A stretch of 64,000 nucleotides of DNA from an uncultured Gammaproteobacteria bacterium. GTDB lineage: Bacteria > Pseudomonadota > Gammaproteobacteria > GCF-002020875. The position numbers and the translations under genes are program-made. Positions within the stretch are counted from its first letter, which is position 1. Every line of letters begins with the position of its first letter. The notes beneath the pieces were generated by a model. The model saw only the letters and a list, made by a program, of their open reading frames with translations. It had not been told where the DNA came from and ran no database searches. Positions 56,215-64,000 of this stretch are shown piece after piece. Location of the stretch: positions 8,291-72,290 of the forward strand of contig CAXCCG010000002.1 in assembly GCA_963981015.1 (NCBI GenBank), in the 5' to 3' direction.

Positions 56215-58302
56215 ATGTCTGATCCGCTTCTTCCTCCTCTTTTGCAGCTCTGCAAATTACACGGCTTCCCTCTAGCTGCGGAATCCTTGCTGGCAGGCAT
56301 TCCTCTGAAGCGTGGCTTACTGAATCCAGCACTGACCGTTCGAGCGCTACAGCGATCCGGTATCAACGGCAATATTGACAATCTTCCGCTAAAGAAGCTA
56401 TCAACCACACAGCTGCCGGCACTACTCTTTCTAAAGGAGAAGAAGGCTGTAGTGCTCAGCAAAATTGATGGAAAAACTGCCTATATCCTCGATAATGCGG
56501 GTCAAGAGGAGTCCATTGAACTCAAAAAACTCAAGCAACAGTACAATGGTCAAACACTGATCATTAATGGTGCACTGCCTCCAGCTGAAGGGGGGCAGGG
56601 AAAGCTCTGGTTCTGGAAAACCATCCTCAAGGGGTGGCCCATCTACAGCGAAAGTATATTTGCCTCTTTTATGGTCAATCTGTTTACCCTGGCCAGCCCT
56701 CTTTTCGTGATGAACGTCTATGACCGAGTGGTTCCCAACAATGCAATGGAGACCTTATGGGTGTTGGCAATTGGCGCGCTACTGGTTGCAGGATTTGATT
56801 TTCTGCTGCGTACGCTACGTGCCTACTTTATTGATGTGGCTGGAAAACGTGCTGATTTAGCTCTATCAGCCACCATCTTCGAACAACTCTTGGGTACCCG
56901 AATGGAGGCACGTGACCCGGCCTCCGGTGCCATCGCAAACCATATGCGTGAATTTGAGGGGCTTCGTGATTTCTTCACCTCTGCCTCACTCACAACTCTG
57001 ATTGACTTGCCATTTCTTGTCATCTTTCTTGCTGTCATCTGGATGATTGGCGGCCCCATTGTCTTTATTCCAATGACAGCCATTCCTATTGTGCTCATCT
57101 CTGCCCTGCTGCTGCAGATCCCGCTCCATCGCGCAGTGAGTGAAACCTTTAAAGAGGCTACACAAAAACACGCCATTCTGGTCGAGGCGATCTCTGCCGC
57201 CGAAACGATCAAAAGTGAAAATGCCGAGGGGGTCATGCAGCAGAAATGGGAAGGCTATGTCGAGAAGCTTGCCAAGTCGGGGATGAAAAGCAAGCTCTGG
57301 TCGACCCTAGCAATCAATCTGACAACCTTCACCCACCAAGCTGCAACCATCGCCATTGTGGTATTTGGTGTTCACCAGATTTCAGCAGGTGAGATGAGTA
57401 TTGGTGCCTTGATTGCCTGTACCATTCTCGCCGGTCGTGCACTGGCCCCTTTGGCAGGAATCGCCGCGCTACTGATTCGTTATCGACAATCCATGGTTGC
57501 TCTACGCGCACTTCATGGGGTAATGCAAAAACCGATCGAGCGCCCGGTCACGACCCATTTTCTACACCGTCCTCCACTACAAGGGGCTATCGAGCTACGG
57601 AAAGTCAGCTTTCAATATCCTAATCAGGAAGATCATGCTCTGCATGATCTCAATGCCACCATCCAACCGGGTGAACGGGTTGCCATTATTGGTCGTATTG
57701 GGTCGGGGAAAAGTACATTACAAAAATTGCTGCTCGGCCTCTACCAGCCACAGTCAGGCAGCCTGCTGATCGACCATACCCACTTAAATCAACTGGATCC
57801 TGCACAACTACGGCGCTCAATCGGTTATGTTTCACAAGAGATTGTCCTGTTCCGGGGCACACTTCGAGATAACATCAAACTTGGCAACCCACAGGCGAGT
57901 GATGAGGAGTTATTGGATGCCTCTCAACTGGCCGGTGTAGATACCTTTGTTCGGCAACACCCCAAAGGCTATGATCTGGAGGTTGGGGAACGGGGAGAGG
58001 GGCTCTCTGGCGGTCAACGGCAAGCGGTCGCGATGGCGCGTGCACTACTCCAAAAACCACCGATCATCCTGCTCGATGAACCCACCAGCTCGATGGATAA
58101 CAGTGCTGAACAGCAGTGGAAGGAGCGTTTCACCCCATTTCTGAAGGGGAGAACCCTGATATTGGTCACCCACCGCAGCTCTCTGCTCTCTCTGGCGGAC
58201 CGACTCATTATTCTGGATCAGGGTAAAATTGTCGGAGATGGCCCGAGAGACCGGGTTCTAGAGGCGTTAAACCAGGGTAAAGTCCTGCAAAACACAACAT
58301 AA
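56215..58302 (+). CDS. Type I secretion system permease/ATPase (ABC exporter with an N-terminal C39-like domain)
   Basis: 695 aa. A roughly 130-aa N-terminal C39-like domain, a 6-TM ABC transmembrane domain, and a C-terminal NBD (GRIGSGKST, LSGGQRQ, ILLDEPTS). Confidence 0.85.
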   Translation: MSDPLLPPLLQLCKLHGFPLAAESLLAGIPLKRGLLNPALTVRALQRSGINGNIDNLPLKKLSTTQLPALLFLKEKKAVVLSKIDGKTAYILDNAGQEESIELKKLKQQYNGQTLIINGALPPAEGGQGKLWFWKTILKGWPIYSESIFASFMVNLFTLASPLFVMNVYDRVVPNNAMETLWVLAIGALLVAGFDFLLRTLRAYFIDVAGKRADLALSATIFEQLLGTRMEARDPASGAIANHMREFEGLRDFFTSASLTTLIDLPFLVIFLAVIWMIGGPIVFIPMTAIPIVLISALLLQIPLHRAVSETFKEATQKHAILVEAISAAETIKSENAEGVMQQKWEGYVEKLAKSGMKSKLWSTLAINLTTFTHQAATIAIVVFGVHQISAGEMSIGALIACTILAGRALAPLAGIAALLIRYRQSMVALRALHGVMQKPIERPVTTHFLHRPPLQGAIELRKVSFQYPNQEDHALHDLNATIQPGERVAIIGRIGSGKSTLQKLLLGLYQPQSGSLLIDHTHLNQLDPAQLRRSIGYVSQEIVLFRGTLRDNIKLGNPQASDEELLDASQLAGVDTFVRQHPKGYDLEVGERGEGLSGGQRQAVAMARALLQKPPIILLDEPTSSMDNSAEQQWKERFTPFLKGRTLILVTHRSSLLSLADRLIILDQGKIVGDGPRDRVLEALNQGKVLQNTT

Positions 58303-58334
58303 TACTCAGCTAAACAACCCTCTTGAAACTGCCT

Positions 58335-60359
58335 CTAATTACTACGGATAATCCAGTTTCCCGTCTTACTGGAGTTGAGGTTCAGCTTATCCAGTTTGCG
58401 GTTAAAGCGCCTGAGCTGTTTTCCCAGCTCACCCTTTCTCTGACTTAACAGCTGACTCCGGTTCTTCAACTTCTGGTTATAACTGGAACCGTTATGGCTG
58501 GAGCGGTTCATTCTGCTCGCCAATAACAACCTGCGCTGCTCATGACGATTCAATTGCCCGCCACGCTCTTTCGGTTTCTGCCTTGGGGCCATCTGCGTAT
58601 TACCTTGTGACAATACCAGAGTAGGTTTAACCGGGGGCGGAGCGAGCATTGCCACTTCTGTCTGCACCACTCGACTGTCTACCACAACCGGTTTCCGGCC
58701 TCTTGCCTCATCCACTGCATTCAACACTACCCAGCCTGCATCTTTCATCTGGTCATAAGCCACATTCCAACTTGATGTTTTCTGAGTCATTGCCAAGTCT
58801 GGTGATGTAGTGGAAACTGAAGCCTCTGAGGCTGTAGCCACCGTCTCTGTCACCACAGTGCCGAACTCCGGTCCAGCCCCCCCACCATCAGTGACTATAG
58901 CGGTTTCAACAGAACTGCCGATCCCCATAATCGTGTCTGCAACCTTACCCGGTGCAGCCAGTACCCGGTCAATAAAGACCAGATCTCCAGCATCCTCTTC
59001 CGTCTCAAAACTATTCAGTATCTCTTCGGGAATATCCAAATAATTGAGCAGTACGCCAAGATGAGCAATCACCCGATAGACTCCAAGCCTTACACTGGTG
59101 TCATCTTGCAATACTGCCAACTTGGCCTGCAGTAGCGCATCATCTGCCGCCATAATCGTCATTACATCGGCTTCACCCAGCTTGAACTGCTCTTGAACCG
59201 ATTGTGCGTTTTCATGTGCGATTTGATACTGCTTTTTGCTCGTCATCAATAACTCTCGAGTAACTTCCAACCCATTCCAGTAGAGTTTTAACTGCTCTTC
59301 CATGCTGTGGCGTGCAATATTCAACTGCTCCTGACTATCAACCACGCTCTTCGCCATCTCTCTTCTGCGAGATTGATCTGCCCCCCCCCGAAACAGGTTA
59401 TATTTCATTTTCAGCAGAGCCGTATAATAGTCCTCTTGCCCCTCATTACCTCCATTATTGAGGTCACGCCCCCCTTTGAGTTCAAAATCAAGAGTTGGTA
59501 ACAAACCGGCACGGGTACCCTCAAAATCCGCCTTGATTGCATTCAGGTTCGCTCTCGCACTCTTCAAAATCGGATTATTTACCAATAACACTTCTATCGC
59601 TTGTGTATATTCAGCGGGCACCCCCCAGTCGGGGACGTCCATTGCCTTGTTCAATACTTCAGATGGCGCCAAGCCAACCACCTTGGTGTATCGTGCCAAC
59701 GCATCTCTATACTCACCTCTGGCAGAAATGAGTGCTGATTGTGCAGCCAGCAACGGAGTTTCTGCTGCAACCAGCTCTGATTTTCCAGCCCCCCCAGCCT
59801 CTACTTTCTCCTGAATCTGCATAAACAGCTTGTTATGCTGATTGACGTTCTCTACAGTCCATCGGATCACCCGTTGAAGGCGATAAATTTCATACCAGGA
59901 CTCAATCGTCTGCAATGCCACAGAGATGCGGATTTCATCCAGCTGAACGGTAGAAACCTCTAACATTTGGCCGCTACGATCTACCGCAGCTGCTGCCGCT
60001 CCTCCATCAAAAAGTGGCTGTGTTAAGGTGACTGTTGTACTTTTTTTCATCATCTTTGTAGAATCAGAGGTCGGTTTATCTCTGTATTCACGGCCTGAAT
60101 CCAGACTCACATCTAGCGTTGGAAGCCATCCTGCGACCGCTTGCCCCAGCTGTTCATCTGCAATACCCACACCATGGTAGGCTGACTTAATTTCCGGATT
60201 ATTTTGCAACGCCAAATGAATCGCTTGTGACAATGAGTGAGCATAGCTTGCCATCGGAGTTGAAAGTACCGCAACCAGAGCGGTCACTACAACCCTCTTT
60301 GCTACGTGCCGACGAGCACCTATTAATTTTACATTTCTATCATTCATCTTACTCACCAC
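58335..60359 (-). CDS. TolC-family outer-membrane efflux protein (T1SS OMF type) with a roughly 235-aa non-TolC C-terminal extension ending in a basic tail
   Basis: 674 aa. Signal peptide, a TolC-like two-repeat region to about residue 440, then a Thr/Ser/Val-rich segment and a Lys/Arg-rich C-terminus. Confidence 0.75.
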   Translation of the reverse strand: MVSKMNDRNVKLIGARRHVAKRVVVTALVAVLSTPMASYAHSLSQAIHLALQNNPEIKSAYHGVGIADEQLGQAVAGWLPTLDVSLDSGREYRDKPTSDSTKMMKKSTTVTLTQPLFDGGAAAAAVDRSGQMLEVSTVQLDEIRISVALQTIESWYEIYRLQRVIRWTVENVNQHNKLFMQIQEKVEAGGAGKSELVAAETPLLAAQSALISARGEYRDALARYTKVVGLAPSEVLNKAMDVPDWGVPAEYTQAIEVLLVNNPILKSARANLNAIKADFEGTRAGLLPTLDFELKGGRDLNNGGNEGQEDYYTALLKMKYNLFRGGADQSRRREMAKSVVDSQEQLNIARHSMEEQLKLYWNGLEVTRELLMTSKKQYQIAHENAQSVQEQFKLGEADVMTIMAADDALLQAKLAVLQDDTSVRLGVYRVIAHLGVLLNYLDIPEEILNSFETEEDAGDLVFIDRVLAAPGKVADTIMGIGSSVETAIVTDGGGAGPEFGTVVTETVATASEASVSTTSPDLAMTQKTSSWNVAYDQMKDAGWVVLNAVDEARGRKPVVVDSRVVQTEVAMLAPPPVKPTLVLSQGNTQMAPRQKPKERGGQLNRHEQRRLLLASRMNRSSHNGSSYNQKLKNRSQLLSQRKGELGKQLRRFNRKLDKLNLNSSKTGNWIIRSN

Positions 60360-60361
60360 CC

Positions 60362-60715
60362 TTAATTTGGTGAAATTACCGGTTTTCTGCGAAGAAAATA
60401 GTGCCCGTTACCATCTACACCAGATTCAGATTGATGTCTTTTTTTTGCCACAATCAATGCAGGTTTCACTATTTTTTTGGGACTCTTTTCCCCCTGCCTG
60501 CTTTTTTTATGAGCTGTGATGGGGTCACTATTGCGCCTGACCTTTCCCTCTAATAATTCACTGACCGGAATCTTTCGTGCAGGATAGGCTGCAGTAGAGT
60601 TTGATCGGGCCATCGATTGCTCCACAACACCTCTTGACTCTCTATTTTTCAACTCCTGCTCATCCAAACGAGAGTAGAGGTTCAGTGCAAAGCCCGCTAT
60701 TGATAACAGATCCAT
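60362..60715 (-). CDS. Hypothetical small basic protein
   Basis: 117 aa, no TM segment, Lys/Arg-rich. Translationally coupled position (2-bp gap) upstream of the TolC-like gene. Confidence 0.35.
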   Translation of the reverse strand: MDLLSIAGFALNLYSRLDEQELKNRESRGVVEQSMARSNSTAAYPARKIPVSELLEGKVRRNSDPITAHKKSRQGEKSPKKIVKPALIVAKKRHQSESGVDGNGHYFLRRKPVISPN

Positions 60716-60753
60716 ATCATCTCCCTATCGACTCATTATTCACTCAACCGAAG

Positions 60754-62002
60754 CTACCAACTGAGGCTCACACCACCGTTGACCAATGGCGTCCCTGCTG
60801 CACTATTCCAACTGGTTCCAAGACTGAACTGCGTAGTATCTGTCAAACTACCCTTCATCCCGACCGCCACACCTGTTTCTCCTTCATAGTAGCTAGTACC
60901 CATACCAATCGAAAAGTGACGATTCGGGGCTGGAGGTGGAAGTGCTGCCAATGCTGCCACTGAAGCAACCCCTCCATAGGCGATATCGAGCTGACTGCGG
61001 TTAACCCGCATCCATTGGATCTACACCATCTGCAACCCCCATTACACGGCTGGGAGCACCTGTTATAGGGTGGGCAAAACTGGCCCCCTTTTCGTCCAGA
61101 GTAATATAGGTACTGTTTACACCTCCAGAGAGTATTGTTTGATCATTTTGTACCACCAAGCCATGTGCAATACCGGTTGTTGGGTTATTAACTGTCAGAT
61201 TGATCGCCCCATTGGTTGCACCTGACAGGCTCAAGCCGTCAACAATTAACCCCCCTGTAATAGAAGTACCGGTACTATCGACCACCAGGGATTTCATACC
61301 ACTTTGGAGCGTAACTGCATTACCGTTGACTACAGTAGCTCCTGTGGTGTTCCCTACATTTACTGCACCCGTACCGGTACCTAAATTTGTTGTAGCGGCC
61401 GTAGTTGCATTGATGTTAGTTACCCCAATGATATTGGTTGTACTGCCGACATTATCATTACCAATATTGGTTGCCCTTGCCACACTATTATCAGTATTGA
61501 TATTGGTTGTGGTGCCTACAATATCGGTAGTCACACCTTGTACTAATGTATTGGTATCTCCAACAGTAATCTGACTGGTGCTACTGGTCACCAAACTAAT
61601 ATCTCCTGCAGTCACATTACCAATACTGACTGCTCCAGTGCCATTCACAAAATCGGTCACTGAATTGATTGAGGTCGCTCCATTCTGTCCCACTGAAAAA
61701 AGATTACTATTACTATTATTGTTGATCAAAAAGCTATCCGTTTTGGCTGTCATCGCTGTGGTATCCAGAATTACATTATTGGTACTCCTGGCCGCATCAT
61801 CTGCATAAAGACCCACTTCTGATCCACCACCTGTTCCAACATAGGTCGTCACCAAACCTGCACTTGAATCAGTCAGTGCCCAGCCACTGGCAATATTGTC
61901 ACCTTCTCCAACCAGTACCATAGGTGCTGCACTCAGCTGCATCGCAACCAGCATTCCGATCAGTACTATGTTTTTCTGCAGTGTCTCAATTTTCACGTTC
62001 AT
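60754..62002 (-). pseudogene. Trimeric autotransporter adhesin (YadA-like). A +1 frameshift separates the passenger (61001..62002) from the C-terminal beta-barrel anchor (60754..61011).
   Basis: The passenger has a signal peptide and Thr/Asn/Gly-rich head repeats, ending ...GVADGVDPMDAG*. The next frame encodes a YadA-anchor ending ...GVSLSW. Deleting one C from the CCC run at 61005-61007 restores a continuous ...DPMDAVNRSQL neck. Confidence 0.65.
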
Positions 62003-62034
62003 AATCCAAACCCCATAAAGGTGGCTATTGTTGA

Positions 62035-62760
62035 TTAACGACCACGAATACAACCGCCATTCTCAAAGCAGATCTGACTCCTCTGTTTCCTCTTTTTGAT
62101 CTGTTTTTTCTTGGCCTGCTGGATCTGGTTATCCACATTGACGCCTTGTCTTGCAAGCGCCCACTCCTGCGGGTTGTAGTTTCCAAAAATAGCTGTCGCA
62201 ATCTCTTTAGGAATATTGGTTTGTGCCGTAGAGACCACCATTCCGCTACCAATATCAATCATTCTCGCATTCACAATCACACCGCTTTGATGGTTGGTAT
62301 AGGTACCCGATAACACCAAATTAATATTGTGATGACTCCGCAACTCTTTCACTTCACGACTACGGATAAAATCTCCCAACTCACTGATCTGGATGGCAGG
62401 CATCGATTTAAAATCGGTTACCTTGAATCCCCGAATCTGCATTTCGTGAATCATGTTGTCCGCCAGCAACTCACCAAGCTTATTGGTATGTTTCAGGTTC
62501 TCCAAATTGACGAATGAGGTAATCGCAACCGGGTTGTTACTGACGTTATAGGTATCCCGGTTGAGGGATATTTGCTCTGCCAAATACTGTGTATATTCAT
62601 TAATCTGCCCCGGATTCACCTCAGGTTGCACGACCTGATATTTCAGGCTTTTCGACTGAAACATCGGTACACCGGATATACCACTACACCCCGTGAGCAG
62701 CACCGCCATCAGAGGCAACACTACGATATTCTGGATTCTCTTCTTCATTTTCTGATCCAC
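62035..62760 (-). CDS. Lipoprotein with a TolB-N/LpoB/CsgG-like C-terminal region (paralog 1)
   Basis: 241 aa. Lipobox LLTGC, paralogous to 62769..63437 (about 40% identity over about 110 aa), basic C-terminal tail. Confidence 0.5.
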   Translation of the reverse strand: MDQKMKKRIQNIVVLPLMAVLLTGCSGISGVPMFQSKSLKYQVVQPEVNPGQINEYTQYLAEQISLNRDTYNVSNNPVAITSFVNLENLKHTNKLGELLADNMIHEMQIRGFKVTDFKSMPAIQISELGDFIRSREVKELRSHHNINLVLSGTYTNHQSGVIVNARMIDIGSGMVVSTAQTNIPKEIATAIFGNYNPQEWALARQGVNVDNQIQQAKKKQIKKRKQRSQICFENGGCIRGR

Positions 62761-62768
62761 CTTTTCCT

Positions 62769-63437
62769 TTAACGTATCTTCATGACCCGTTGATCTGGCA
62801 TCGGCACATTGTGTCGAATCACCTTGACCACAGGCCGACTGATCTCCATATCTGACATCAGTCCAAAGTATTCATCGGTTGTAATAAAGGCCTGTGCAGT
62901 CGAGACCACAACGCTTGTCTCCCAATCCGTAAGACGCATGGTGATCGTCATACCATCACTATGTTCTGAGAGGGTTCCTGCCAACATGTAGGTAATATCA
63001 AAATCATTGCGCAATTCGGTGACATCATTACTGGTCACAAAGTCACCCTCATCCGTCACCTGCAACATCTTCATCAGATGGAAATCAATGGTGTCGTATC
63101 CACGTGTCTGTAATTCATGGACCAGGCCACTGCTCAATGAGCGCCCGATTCGGTTGGTCTCTTTAGGGTTATCGAGGTCAACGATAGAGGCTACCACCAC
63201 ACTATTACCATCCATTCTGAGTTTGTGGTGGTTATCCTTTAGCTGATTGGCCAAGCTATTGGTGATCTGTTTCATCCGCTTTGAATAGGCGGGCATCTCT
63301 GCCTCTGTGGTGATCGTATGCTGCGGTGACACCACATCTCCGTTAAACCCCAGGCTACTCCAGAATGTTGCCGCACTCACCTCAGTCACGAAACAGAGAC
63401 CTGCAATCAATACTGTTTTTAACTGTAAATTTTTCAT
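62769..63437 (-). CDS. Secreted (periplasmic) protein, paralog 2 of the same family
   Basis: 222 aa, cleavable signal peptide (VSA|AT), conserved VVVASIVDLDNP...MLAGTLSEHSDGMTITMRL block. Confidence 0.5.
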   Translation of the reverse strand: MKNLQLKTVLIAGLCFVTEVSAATFWSSLGFNGDVVSPQHTITTEAEMPAYSKRMKQITNSLANQLKDNHHKLRMDGNSVVVASIVDLDNPKETNRIGRSLSSGLVHELQTRGYDTIDFHLMKMLQVTDEGDFVTSNDVTELRNDFDITYMLAGTLSEHSDGMTITMRLTDWETSVVVSTAQAFITTDEYFGLMSDMEISRPVVKVIRHNVPMPDQRVMKIR

Positions 63438-63826
63438 TGTTGCCCCTTTACGACCTGCACACCTTCAACAGTTGGTTGTGATTTGCACTGACTTCCGACC
63501 CCTTCAGCACGTACAGAGACCGGATAGTCACCACAGCTACCTCCACTACACCCTGGTTGATACGGCATCTTCTTAATCTGCTTGATACATTCAGCGACCT
63601 CTAAATCCACATATTCAATCAAGGGTTCCGCCTGACACGTCGGGCAGTAGTAGTCACTACTCTGCATGGCACTCTGCCCTGCCCTATCCTGTGAATACGA
63701 TGCTGCTTGAAGCATAGGTAAGGTTCTACTTAACGAACCACAACCCGCACTGAGCAGTGCAATAAGCACTACGGAGATCGCTGTTTTTATACCTGTTCGC
63801 TTTTGACCGTCCATTCTCTTGACCAT
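63434..63826 (-). CDS. Cys-rich small lipoprotein
   Basis: 130 aa, lipobox LSAGC. There are 8 further Cys including CPTC, and CSGGSC. It overlaps the downstream gene by 4 bp (operon head). Confidence 0.45.
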   Translation of the reverse strand: MVKRMDGQKRTGIKTAISVVLIALLSAGCGSLSRTLPMLQAASYSQDRAGQSAMQSSDYYCPTCQAEPLIEYVDLEVAECIKQIKKMPYQPGCSGGSCGDYPVSVRAEGVGSQCKSQPTVEGVQVVKGQQ

Positions 63827-64000
63827 CTTTAGTTATTCCTGAGCGTCTGTTTTCTGACATTCTTATTCCACACAATTACTTAGCTACAATTATTGTGCCA
63901 ATAATAAATAAGATATTGTTTGTTATTAAATTTACAGGAATAGCGGTGTAAATTCACACCGCTTTAGCAGGAGACCGGTTACTCGGTGTAAGCCAGCATC

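Noticed and set aside
56823-57236. 137-aa minus-strand ORF inside the T1SS ABC gene
   Set aside because: Antisense shadow with no independent support.
61200-61808. + strand ORFs (61200..61574, 61578..61808) rich in Val/Leu/Pro/Thr
   Set aside because: Antisense translation of the Thr/Asn/Gly-repeat passenger of the trimeric autotransporter. Compositional artefact.

Overview
This is a 64-kb gammaproteobacterial (Pseudomonas-like synteny) chromosomal window carrying mostly housekeeping genes. Nearly all genes are on the minus strand.

Blocks present, in order:
- lspA-ileS-ribF-murJ, divergent from rpsT.
- pmbA-tldD-yhdP-rng-maf.
- rlmH-rsfS-nadD-proA-holA-lptE-leuS.
- A small two-component module (soluble histidine kinase plus a REC-TPR response regulator) and a DUF1451 zinc-ribbon gene.
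- An almost complete dcw cell-wall/division cluster (mraZ-rsmH-ftsL-ftsI-murE-murF-mraY-murD-ftsW-murG-murC-murB-ddl-ftsQ-ftsA).
- ftsZ, an RNase P RNA gene (rnpB) that the ORF track misses, and rsmI divergent from yraN-dolP.
- A GlcD-like FAD oxidase, sspB-sspA, the cytochrome bc1 operon petABC, an asnB-like amidotransferase and a SPOR protein.
- An accessory-looking surface/secretion locus at the 3' end: a T1SS ABC exporter convergent on a six-gene minus-strand operon (Cys-rich lipoprotein, two paralogous LpoB/CsgG-fold periplasmic proteins, a frameshifted YadA-like trimeric autotransporter, a small basic protein, and a TolC-family OMP with a long C-terminal extension).

The main observations are architectural:
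- ftsZ and lpxC are missing from their canonical position after ftsA. ftsZ sits 21 nt upstream of mraZ, inserted between rnpB and mraZ. The slot after ftsA is taken by the HK/REC-TPR pair.
- The rlmH|maf junction lacks both elongasome loci that normally flank these genes (mrdAB downstream of rlmH, mreBCD upstream of maf).
- lpoA and diaA are absent between rsmI and yraN.
- A roughly 140-bp nested-palindromic repeat family (one full copy, three partial) sits directly after TAG stop codons of minus-strand genes.
- No CRISPR arrays, prophage, IS elements or tRNAs were seen.
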